A stretch of 62,990 nucleotides of DNA, the filler included, from Octopus bimaculoides (taxonomy: Eukaryota), in the NCBI RefSeq assembly GCF_001194135.2. It is 5 parts of 4 records of this genome, joined end to end, with 100 filler letters (N's around TTAATTAATTAA, not from the genome) between each part and the next. Parts side by side here need not be neighbours in the genome. Positions count along the whole stretch, not along the records: positions 1 to 15,405 come from NC_068984.1; 4 more parts are not named here. The stretch is one strand, 5' to 3'. Both the position numbers and the translations under genes were made by a program. Numbering within the stretch: the first letter of the stretch is position 1; every line of letters begins with the position of its first letter. Positions 1-13,293 of this stretch are shown piece after piece. Below the pieces are notes generated by a model that worked only from the letters and a program-made list of their open reading frames with translations, searched no databases and was not told the origin of the DNA.

Positions 1-149
1 TTCTAAAAGATTTTCCTCATACTGTTTCTTTGAGAATTTTCTTATATAGTCAATAATCATTAATTTAAGACAATCTAAAAGTTCACCATATCAAGAATTC
101 TTTCTAAAATATTTTAACTATATATGGTGTTTGTCTACTCCTTATACAG

Positions 150-682
150 AGTTTGACAACCTGTTGCATTTACACCTTAGATCTATCATGGCGTCTGATG
201 CGTCTTTTTTAAACCAGACAATGTTTTGAAAAGGCATTCACATAAATTGCATATCTGCTTTGAACCACCAAGAGCTGCAGTTAAGTTCTGATCTTTGTGG
301 ATCTTAAAATGTCTTTTGAGGCCTCCGTTAGATTTGCAGACCTTATGGCATACACGGCATTGACAGGTATGCACAGATAGATAGGCAGAATAATTAGTGG
401 TGGTTCGTTTTCCATGGGTCCAGCTAAAGAAAGGCTTGGTCTATCAAATTCAGTACTCAAAAAGATTGTTGGAGTTAATTTTCTCCTTGATCGTAGAATT
501 TTTCTTTAAATTATTTTGAATTCGCACGGGTTATCCTGGTTTTTGCAAAAGCTTGCAGTCCACTCCACACTTTTGTTCGTCATCCAGCTCGATCCGAAGC
601 AAGGGTTTCTATGGCCTTTGGATCCATTCCAAGTGACTTCATGTTAGTCCTTACACAGTCCTTAAAACTATTTTTAGGTTTA
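150..682 (-). mobile_element. Decayed RTE-clade LINE 3' end (ORF C-terminus followed by two C2H2 zinc fingers)
   Basis: Minus-strand translation of 682-515 gives KPKNSFKDCVRTNMKSLGMDPKAIETLASDRAG*RTKVWSGLQAF, matching the RTE C-terminal pattern FKD..K..LK..G.....WE.LA.DR..WR. At 374-186 follow CRVCHKVCKSNGGLKRHFKIH and CNLCECLFKTLSGLK(frameshift)RRIRRH. Stops and frameshifts are present. The 3' boundary is approximate. Confidence 0.8.
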
Positions 683-751
683 ATTATATATACATACATA
701 CATACATACACACATGCATGCATACATTACATACATACATACATACACATA

Positions 752-2088
752 AAACAGTGGTCCACAATGTGCTTGGAGTGCCTGTACTCATGGCAACATT
801 TGGGTTGCTTGTTTGGTCGCTTCATGAGATCCAAGCCATTGATGTAAAACCCCGAAAAATAAACATTGATGTAGACCGCTTACCTAAGACAAAAACAAGG
901 AGTCAGAGGCTTAACATCGCCTTTGAATGTCCTATCATATCCCTTCGGCAACATCTTTTAACCACTAAGTTTAAGAGTGCATCCCTTGACCAAGTTTGCA
1001 TACATGATACCATCATAAGATTTAGAAGGCATCTCCTTGAGCAACATTCCTTGTCTGATAACCTTAAATACATCCCCAAAGACGTAGCACGACTCTACCG
1101 CAACGTATCATCAGATGAAAAGATGAGCATATATGAGCAGAAGACTATGCATATATGAGCATATATGAGCAGAAGACTATTAGTAGAAAGCTCCCACTTT
1201 GAAGGGTATGCGTTTGCAATCCAGGAATAGGAAATATCAGCCAAATATCTGAGGCACAAAAGGGATAGACATGCAGGAAAAGCAGTAAAATGTGACAACC
1301 GATGCATACTTTGTATAGTTAACATTGAAGATATCACCAGCATCATAAGTAGTTGTCCAAAAATGTCATCACGGTATTATCTACCGATGAGACATGATGC
1401 TGTAGCTAGGACACTCTATTATGAAATCCGTCGGAAGGATAACCCCGAGGACAAAGAAATTAGAACCCACAGTATGGTAGAAGCCATAGCCACTCATAAT
1501 AAAAAGGAATGCTGGTGGAATGTCCCAGTAAAAACCTCAATAAAATGTAAGTGCAACAAACCTGATATAATGATTTAAGATAGAGAAGAGAGACTGTGTA
1601 CAATTTCGGAAATTAGCTGCCCAGCGGATGTTAACATAAAGCTGAAGATCAGTAAAAAAGAGAATATCAACGCTGAACTATTGAGAAATCTGCAGTTTCT
1701 CTATCCAGATTGCAAGTTCAAGTTTATACATGTAATTATTGGGGTCCGGTGATATGTAACACACTGCCTAAATACTAATCTTGAGAAATTAGGCTTCTCA
1801 AAACCAGAAAGGAGAAAGCTAATTCGAAAACTACAGTTCCAATTCGTCACTGGAACAGTAAAAATCTGTAAAACTTTCCAGAAGTTTATCATTTATATGA
1901 ACATGTCTAGATATGCAACTATATGCATGAGAATATATACATAAAATAAACATACAAATCTGCACATATACATACAAACAAAAATACCCTGTTGTTGATG
2001 TTGAAATTCCAATGAAGCAGCCTTGGATCTAGGTTAGAAACCGGTTCTTTCTCTATTGGCGAGAAATCTTGAAATAAAACTAAATAAC
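752..2088 (+). mobile_element. 5'-truncated R4/Dong-like non-LTR retrotransposon (RT thumb, CCHC knuckle, RLE endonuclease, 3' UTR), copy 1
   Basis: Translation gives NVLGVPVLMATFGLLVWSLHEIQAIDVKPRK..DVDRL (RT thumb), FEGYAFAIQE, CILCIVNIEDITSIISSC (knuckle with His lost), RHDAVA, KPDIMI*DREERLCTISEISCP (PD..E RLE motif) and GTVKICKTFQKFII. There are several stops and frameshifts. (CATA)n lies on both sides. Confidence 0.9.
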
Positions 2089-2108
2089 GACATACATATG
2101 CATACATA

Positions 2109-2132
2109 CACACACACATCCACACACACGCA

Positions 2133-2199
<67 letters not shown>

Positions 2200-2200
2200 C
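2109..2200. repeat. (CA)n microsatellite
   Basis: Direct reading. Confidence 0.95.
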
Positions 2201-2684
2201 ACACATACATATCTATAGATATATGTATGAATATATAAAACGATAAAATGTAGAACATTTACAGCTGTAACTGATAAAGTAACATCATTAATGTCAACAG
2301 CTATAAGAATCATATGGCTGAGAGAATATTTTTCAACGGACGGTCGTGCAAAGGAAATACAAGAATGACAAGATGCTTACATATGTATTAGAGATAGCAG
2401 AAAAACTTCGACCAATCAAAGTTATTCTAAGAAATTAACACACACATACACACACTCACATACACGCGCTAACAAAAGAAAGGAATTCTTCTGGGGCTGC
2501 TTAAGATCTAAAAGAAGCAAAACAAAAAAAAAAAGGGGTAGATAAAGCTAATTATGTTAGTCGACCAACATATTTGGACAATAAGGAAATACAGCTTGAA
2601 GCAAATCTACTCTTGAAAACCAAACGCTAAAAGCAACACAGTTCTTTCAATCAAGGATGATGTATTTTTCACAAACTAGAAACA

Positions 2685-2872
2685 CATCTTATTTCTTTAT
2701 TGCCCACAAGGGGCTAAACATAGAGGGGACAGACAAGGACAGACAAAGGGTTAAGTCTGTTACATCGACCCCAGTGCGTAACTGGTACTTAATTTATCGA
2801 CCCGAAAGGATGAAAGGCAAAGTTGACCTCGGCGGAATTTGAACTCAAAACTTTGCGCCCGGCGTGCTAACG
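2685..2872 (-). mobile_element. tRNA-derived SINE family A with tail A, internally deleted head
   Basis: Minus strand reads cgttagcacgccgggcg...gagttcaaattccgccgaggtcaactttgcctttcatcctttcgggtcgataaattaagtaccag...agccccttgtgggcaataaagaaa. It carries a B-box-like GAGTTCAAATTCC and matches copies at 50858-51880. Confidence 0.9.
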
Positions 2873-2877
2873 ATTTC

Positions 2878-2961
2878 GTACCAGTTTCGTACTGGGGTCG
2901 ATCTAATCGACTGGCCCTCTACCCCAAAATTTCAGATCTTGTGCCTAGAGTATAAAAGAAT
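2878..2961 (+). mobile_element. SINE family A 3' fragment with tail B
   Basis: ccagtttcgtactggggtcgatctaatcgactggccctctaccccaaaatttcagatcttgtgcctagagtataaaagaat matches the ends of the copies at 23103-23318 (-) and 51703-51880 (+). Confidence 0.85.
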
Positions 2962-5229
2962 AGGGCTTATCTACCAAATATTACAGATACATATACAAGG
3001 TAAAACAAGACAAAACAAAATCTCCTACATTTAATACGTTGACAGATGTTTCAGTTACAAACGCATGGTGTGCGCACGTTCAAACCATAGCAACAAAAAT
3101 AATGCAATAAAACATTAGCTTCGTGAAGACACCATTACCATTTAATTCCCGCTACATCAATGGTCATGTAAAATATGAGAGGTTTTTCTATAGAATCCTT
3201 TACTTTATTAGATGAGAACAAACTGGGCTGCAAAAGTTAGTAAGGAGCACATTTCTGATCCTTATTCGTAAGACGCTTTTAGAAGACAAATGTAAGCGAC
3301 GTAAGAGACGGAGTATTACTTCAATAAATTAACAGAGGCTTATATGAAGTGCACCTGAGATATTAAAATTATCATTAAATAAATGTTCCTGGGAAATTTC
3401 TGGTACTTTTACTTACAAAGAAAACATCGCACCAAATGCTCTCATTTGTGATTTTTTAATTTATAGTAATTATTTAATTTATAGTAATTATTAATTTTAT
3501 AGTGCTTTTAAAAGGCACTATTCAGATACAGAATTATATTTTTTCAAGAGTATTTACTTTGACGTCTGTCGTTCCACTATCAAATATCACACACCCTGCC
3601 ATACACCGGCAAATGTACGGCAGGATGTGTGATACGTGATATTTTTCCTGTAGCGTATCTTTCGAAATATAGAAATCCTTCCCTTTTACTGTTTGACAAA
3701 TTTTTCAAAGAGTAAAGAGTCAATGTCTTTGTCGGCATATTTCGGTGAATTTATTTTTCTTGGAGCTGGCTTATATCAAGAAACTCCTTATAACTCACAT
3801 CAGCAAATGCTGTCGAGTTTATTTTGCTGAGTTTAATTCTCACAAGCAACTATTTCACATATTGTCCGAGGTCATCTCCTCACAAGTCTGTACTTGATAC
3901 GTATCTATTATATCTTCACGGATCTCATTTAAATAATCTTTCAGTTCTTAGTCTTCTGGACGAAAAATTATGAAAATCGTAGAATAGGCTCAGGTTTTAT
4001 CGTGAACTTTTTATGCACCTCTTTAAATCTATTTTCCTTCTCGTAGTGTCTTTTGACATTTTTCACTGTCTTCCATAATTTATCACCTCTGCTATTTGAT
4101 TTTCTTCTTCTAGTCGCAAGATAATGTGGTGGCAGTCCTAGGAGGAGGTTCCTTGGTTTTCCGGTAGTCTTTTTGGTTGCTGTTTCCTGAGACTAAAAAC
4201 AAGATGTGTCTTCTGGCCATTCTTAAAGCTGCAACCGCTTATGCGACTGGATTGTGCTGGGACCTGATTTCAAGACATGCTGTTGTTGTTAGTTTTTGTT
4301 GCTTATTCCCGTTCCATATCTTACTATTTTTCTCTGGTATATTGAAGCAGAAGGCTCTTAATTATCTCTTATTTTCACACATGTAAGAACCAAAACCTCT
4401 TCCTGCACCACCAGTCTAATAGTCTTTCTTACTGCCTCCACTATTCGTCTTGAATTATTCGAAAGTATTGATTCAATATTTCCTTCTCATGGTGCTCATA
4501 CCATTTGCTTGAAAAAGCAGTATGGCAAAGAAAGTGCTTCAACGTGTCAGATTTATTTATTGAACAAGGAGAAAAAATAACCTATCTACATCTCAAAAGA
4601 AACAGGTTTTTCTTTTTATACCCTAAAAGAGCAAGGCTGCCCTTGATAGTCCTTTGATTTATCGAGACAGAAACTCTGGAACCATGTGCATGAATATTGT
4701 AAACGGTGGACAAGGCCCAAAAAACAAGGTCGAACAAAGATATTACATACATGCTTAGCAAAGTCATACTGCAATACATAGGGTAGGGCAGTACAGGAAT
4801 TGCAGTAAAATATATATTGACAACTAAGTGATCCTGTTCTAATTTATCCCTTTAGCGAGACTTAATTGCACTAGTCCCCGTCAATCTCTGAATATTTAAT
4901 TTGCTAATCGATACCCGTGAATCTTTCCATGTTAAGAAGAACGCTTTCAGCTTCCAATACTCTGGGTATTATCTATTCGTCTTGACTAAGATTACCGTAC
5001 AGACCACATGAATTTGTTACCTCTAAAGCCAAATTATCCTCAACTGTAGATAACTTACCACTACCTCTACTAGATAACTCATGGAAAAAAATAATTTGAC
5101 GTTGGGGAAATCCAAAGGGTGCCTGTCAGAAAATTAGAACCGCTTAAGAAGGTTAGTGCTCCGTCTCTGTTAGTTACTTCCACATAATCCAACATGTAAC
5201 TAAGTTACCATTCATTCAACCTCTGTTCA

Positions 5230-5760
5230 AACGGTCGCCAGTTTGAAAGCACTACCATCCTACTATCTCCACTATTGCTAAACCACTCACAAGAAATAAC
5301 ATTTCGAATGAATATTGTTGGAAATGAGAAAGTAGTCCTGGACACGAGGAAGCAGCAGCTTCGGAAATAAAGAAATTAACTATACGGATGAAGAAATGAG
5401 TACAAATAGCAGCAAATATTGCAACTTTACTTCTCCGAAAAGCATCTATTAACGTCATGAAATAACCATGAAGAAAATATTGAAAAAATTTTAAGAACAA
5501 ATGAGGAACCTTCTCAAGTATATTCATATAAATAATGCATTGAATTACATGTGAAATTATTGAGAAATATGCAGAGCACGAAACTCTTCTATAGCTTTCA
5601 AAATGGAGAAAATGAAGTGTTTTGGTCACGTAACAGGTCAACATGACACCGTACTTCCAGCGAATATAATTATGCACGGAGAAATCCCCGGAAAAGGAGG
5701 GAAAAGAAGACCATCACAAAAGAGATAACGACAAAGATGATTAAAAGTTGAGGTTTGATG
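5230..5760 (+). mobile_element. Highly decayed RTE-clade LINE fragment (RT C-terminal region)
   Basis: About 5610-5730 translates KMKCFGHVTGQHDTVLPANIIMHGEIPGKGGKRRPSQKR, resembling the RTE motif RKL.WFGHV.R....LAK.IMQG.V.G.R.RGRP.KRW. The upstream extent is uncertain. Confidence 0.55.
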
Positions 5761-6164
5761 ATATTCGGGAAAATGGAGGATAAGGCCGCATCTCTTGATG
5801 TTCCTCTACGGCCTCTCTAAACAATGAATTTTTGATTAACTGATTATTGAAATGTCATTAATTTTTATGGTCATATGTAATAATTATATATTTCAAATAT
5901 TTGTATTAATCATCCACAAACAACCAAATTTAAACACAGAAATAGAAAACAAGTCAAATCATCATCAATTAGTTTTCCTATTCCTAAAAATGAGAAGCTA
6001 TACAAAAGTAAATCATACCATCCACCCAAAGTAAAAATACGAAAGCATATTTGGAATTTAATAATTAAAAATTACGGAAAAGAAGTGTAACAAAATAAAA
6101 GAGAAAAGCATGAAAAGATATGTTTTTATACTACATAGTACATGCATATATGCCAGTGAAGTAA

Positions 6165-6335
6165 GCTCTATACAGTGAACTGATCAGTTAGAAATAGTAG
6201 TGAAATCTCCGTCAAATCAAATTAAGCCGTTTTAAACAAGAAGCGACGCCTTGATAATGTAGTCTTGATGACAAGTGAATGTTCTGGAAGGTCATGGCAG
6301 GAATGCTTTACCAAAAATGGAGTCTAAGTCATCAT
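6165..6335 (-). mobile_element. Decayed copy of a third interspersed repeat family (family C)
   Basis: The reverse complement contains gaccttccagaacattcacttgtcatcaag and gagatttcactactatttctaactgatcag, similar to 34730-34980 (+) and 24790-24990 (+). Class unknown. Confidence 0.45.
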
Positions 6336-7609
6336 CCACGCACAATGTTTTGAGAGGAAGTAACTTTAATAGGAAAGTAACTTAGATCCCATAATACTAC
6401 CTAATTTAAACAGATAATCTCAAAACTGAAAAAGATATCTGAAATAAATAGAAAACTTGAGGAAAAAAGAATACATAACCAAAATACGAACGTAAACAAG
6501 AAACAAACAACGAGAAATAAAATATTTATATTATACAACATTGCTGCATGTGTCAAGTCGATCTTATTGAGAAAGTAATTCAGGGAAATCGACCGAGGTA
6601 TAGCAGAACAATAAGCATAACGAAATCAAACAGTAATGTACATTCAGTATATTAACCTATGAAATCCAAATGAAAACAACTCAAATGAGTATAATTATAA
6701 ACATGAATATAAGAAAGATTTAATATTAGAAAACTTTAAAGCCAGACATTCTGAATTTGACAAAATTCTAAAAGTAAAAATAACAAAAAGCTAAAGTCGA
6801 CAGATCTTCCAATAGACCAATGAAAGACATTCCTAAAGATAAAACTTAACCATGAAATACAGTCGGCAATATAAAATGTGACCTTCGTAAATATAGATTG
6901 ATTGAAAACAAATATAAATATCAATGGTACCAAAAGGAATCAATGCAATAGCTACGGTAGTCAGAAAGGAAAGCTTGTATTCATTCACAACTAAGTATAT
7001 AGAAATATCTACACCCCACCAAAAAAAACAAACAAAAAAAAACAACAACAAATAGAAAACGACCGTGCTTTGAAAGTTAGAAAATATAATACTTTCCAAT
7101 CCATGTTGAAATCAACGAAGGATAATGAGGAAAGAGGGAGAATGAGAAAGAGAGAAATGCAATCCCCAAAAGGAAAAGAGTAAATAAGAACCGAAATACT
7201 AACTTTGCCTTCAACAAGAGATCCTCATTATATAGCAATGAATCTGCTATGAAAACAACAACGACTATTTAAACAAAACAATCAGTTTGACTCCGGCTCA
7301 AAACATTCTTATCGTATAGCGAAGGGATCATCACAATTGTTCAAGATAACATTTTTAACTTAGGTGCAAATATATTACATGACAGCGACATAAACACAAT
7401 CGTCTAACAAAAAAAAAAAAAACCCAAGGTAAAACGTCGTAACATAATAATGAAATAATGGACAGAAAACTACATTCACACTGATAAACATCTGAATCTC
7501 ATCTAACCAAAATATTGCTCTAAAAGAAGAGAAAAAATCTCAAAATGCAAGAATCTTGAAATCGAAATATTTAAAAGACCATACTGTGACACATGCTGGT
7601 TTGTACATA

Positions 7610-8228
7610 TACGTATGCTCTTCTCTTTCTCTTTTTAATGTTAAATTAAGAACAAATTTTGACAGGCAACCCACTTCGTAACAAGGTTGTGAGGGAAAGT
7701 GTCTTCTTCTAACCATCATTCTTTAAATCGTAGGAAGGTCTTACAAACTTTTATAGTGCCAGATATCGTAATTATTTGTAGCATGTGAATTAAGGATTTG
7801 CATTCTTTCCCTAAGATCCCAAGTTCAGCCATACTTTGCTCCACACGGGCAGGCATGTATCTTGCTGCTCCGATAATAAGAGGTATGAAACTGAAAGTGT
7901 ATCTTAGGTACTGAATTTACAAAGTCCTTATCAATGGCTCTCTTTCTCTTGTATTTTTCTAACCACATTCGTATCTAGAGGGCAGCTGATTTCCACAACG
8001 ATATCCGGCTGGTTGTGCTTTACGTTGGTGGCTGTTTTAATTTTTAAGTTCCACTTATATTCTTTTGACCCAATAATCTCAATATGGTCAACTTCATTCG
8101 TAGGTGTTTTCATTTAGCTAATCCTGTGGCAGACCGTTCTGGCCATCACATAAAGGCTTTATGGGAAGATAATATCTGGACGACATTCTCTCGCAGTTGA
8201 CAATAATGTGGCCGATGTCTTCAGTCTT
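7610..8228 (-). mobile_element. R4/Dong-like RLE retrotransposon 3' fragment, copy 2 (divergent subfamily, internal deletion)
   Basis: Minus strand gives TEDIGHIIVNCERMSSRYYLP ... KEYKWNLKIKTATNVKHNQPDIVVEISCPLDTN ... FSFIPLIIGAARYMP ... SGTIKVCKTFLRFKE*, collinear with copy 1. The segment between PDI and EISCP is missing. Confidence 0.88.
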
Positions 8229-8261
8229 GTATGTATGTATGTATGTATGTATGTATGTATT

Positions 8262-8470
8262 CTTTTATTCTTTTACTTGTTTCAGTCATATGACTGCGGC
8301 CATGCTGGAGCACCACATAAAGGGATTTAGTCGAAGAAATCGAATTCAGAACTTATTCTTTGTAAGCCTAGTACTTATCCTATCGATCTCTTTTGCTGAA
8401 CCGCTAAGTTACAGTGACGTAAACACACCAACATCGATTGTCAAGCGATGTCGGGGATAAACACAGACTG
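8262..8470 (-). mobile_element. SINE family B 3' half
   Basis: The reverse complement ends ggtgctccagcatggccgcagtcatatgactgaaacaagtaaaagaataaaa, the same tail as 17160-17335 (+) and 41095-41300 (-). Confidence 0.85.
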
Positions 8471-8491
8471 AAAGACACAGGCAATTATGTA

Positions 8492-8545
<54 letters not shown>

Positions 8546-10792
8546 TTACAAAGGTACCGTTAATTCTATTATTATCCAATGTCACTAATTTAAGAATGAT
8601 AACAGAATCAACGATACACGCGACAGCAGACCAAAAAATAGCATTTAAATAGCCGAGGGATTAAAATTAATCAAAGGACATACTAAGTATGTCTACCTGC
8701 TTGAAATAACAGTCAAAACTCGTTATTGAATCGCCAAAATATACACTGCTGATAACTAGTTTTTGATCAAATTAGACAGGAATCTTCGATCATAAGTTAA
8801 CTTCTTTGTCACTTTCAATCATTCTTTTGCAAATTAATAAATACACCGTACTTTACTAAAAATATTGTGTGAACTTTCAGCTTAGCTATTTGTATATATA
8901 ACTTTACATAATAACGAAAGGTATTGTTTCGAGAAGACTGACTTACAAAAGATAAAGAGAAAGGCTTTATTTTTAACCAATGTCTGATAAGATATCTTTA
9001 ATTTATAGACTTCAGCAGTCCCAAACTCTCAAGCAAGGTAAATACTCTTTGTCATTAAACTTATATCTAGTCTCCCTGAAAATTATTTTTTATATCAAAT
9101 ATTTTCAGCAGTCGTATGGTTTTAATTACCTGTAGCTCTAAAGGTTATGCGATTAGTAAATATATTTACGACACAGTTTGTCATTATTAGCTATCTCGTG
9201 TTAAGCCTCTTTCGCTTATTTAAAGTTAACTATAACGGACTGAATTATAAACTTCAATATACTGAAATTGTGATAAGAGAATCAGAAAATGAATGCACAA
9301 GACTACATCATTCTTGGCAAAGAAACGATAGCTTTCCTCTTTCCTTTATTTTCTTTTTCATGCAAAATCTCTATTTCTATATTCTCTGCTAGCCATTTTA
9401 CATTCTTGTACGTCTTGTACATAGTGATAATTTTATCTTAAATTCGGTAAGAATGTGTAACTTATGAGTCATTAAACTACCTAATATGAAAACATGCCAG
9501 ATGTTGCTCGAACTTACCGAAAGAATCAAAACAATATTGAGCAAGCATTAATATTAGTATTTGATCATCACGTAACATTTTATCCATTTAGCTTTTTCAA
9601 TGTTTTGGTCATTAACTCTTTGCCTATCGTTTAGTTACAAACTTGTGGAAACGATTTGGATAGGCAAAGAGTTAATGACCTTCCACAAGTTTGTAACTAA
9701 ACGTTCATATTTGTTCTCAGATTTTTAGACTGCTCTTGTTTTATACGCTCTGAGTAATATAAGATGTTCTTTTCGTGAGTCCCAAATTAGTCTGTTGATT
9801 GAAAAAAAAAATAGAATGATTAACATATATGATGCATGGATGGCAGGGAAATATGCTTTGTGTATAACATGTGATGCACAGGACAGAGAAATGGTTAAAT
9901 ATATTAACACTATAACTGAATGAGATTATTTTTGTTATTTAGTCAATACCAGATGGTGAGACCATCCAGTTATACAAATCCTTAACCTTCAAAATTATTT
10001 TGATAGACCTTAAATTTATGCTTTTCATGTTCCTTACCTAAAATAACCTTCTTACTCGTTGCCCTTACATTTTGTCTTTTGTAAAATTGCTGGACAAAAA
10101 GAAATAAATACATATACACTCTTAATATAGAACTTGCTCTTCATTTATTTTAACTCAAAGATCGCGGCAAGTATTCTTTGATCAAATGAATATGACTCAG
10201 ACTGATTCTGACCTAAGGATACAATATTTAATGTCTTTATGTGATACAACTTTAAATACAAATATCAGCCAAATTAGTGCTATAGGTCTTTACTTTATTG
10301 ATTTGAAGCTGGAAATTATGGCAGTATGCCAGTCGCAACGACACAGAATCAGAAAACAAGTTCACTAACATATAAAATTGTATATCGTCATTTCGAATAC
10401 TATTGATATGATATATGACATGGTATNNNNNNNNNNNNNNNNNNNNNNNNNNNNNNNNNNNNNNNNNNNNNNNNNNNNNNNNNNNNNNNNNNNNNNNNNN
10501 NNNNNNNNNNNNNNNNNNNNNNNNNNNNNNNNNNNNNNNNNNNNNNNNNNNNTATATATATATATATATATATATATAATTGAATGTATCTTGCTAACAT
10601 TAAAGTACATTTTTTTTATCAGGGTAGATCGAGGTAACAGATTTTAGAATAGGGTACAATCGATTGTATCAGCTCATGTAGTTTAACTGGTAATTATTTA
10701 TGTTATAGATCCATTGAAATGAAAAGCATAATCGACTTCTGCAGGAATTGAACACATAAACAGTAAGGAAGGCAAGAAATGATAGAAGTAAT

Positions 10793-12890
<2,098 letters not shown>

Positions 12891-13084
12891 CTTATTTGGT
12901 GGACCGAATATAGTCCCTAGAGGGGCTACACAACCGTATAAAACCAGTAACAGGTTCCTGGTATTTCTACTGACAACTTGGAATAGAATAAATAATGCAA
13001 AAAATCACCAAACCGGTGTAAATAGATATTTTAAGCTGCACCAACCTGGAGCGTTTGAAAACACGTCTTATGTATATCGTAGTG

Positions 13085-13290
13085 AAAAAAAAATAATAAT
13101 AAAAATAATAATAATAATAGTAATGATGGTAATAATAATGATAATAATAATAATAATAATGATGATGATAATAATCCTTTCTACTGTAGGCATTAAGGCC
13201 TGAAAGTTTGTGGAAGGAGGCTAATCAGTTATATTGATCCCAGTACTTAACTGATACTAATTTTATCGACCCAAAACAATGAAATATAAA
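13085..13290 (-). mobile_element. SINE family A 3' fragment (tail B) with (ATT)n tail
   Basis: Minus strand reads gggtcgataaaattagtatcag...caggccttaatgcctacagtagaaaggattattatc followed by an (ATT)n-like run. Confidence 0.8.
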
Positions 13291-13293
13291 CCT

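Noticed and set aside
3250-4560. Purine-biased minus-strand stretch that looks like a decayed ORF (e.g. KWYEHHEKEILNQYFRIIQD, KYADKDIDSLLFEKF)
   Set aside because: Many stops in all frames and no diagnostic motif. It could be an old retroelement but cannot be assigned.
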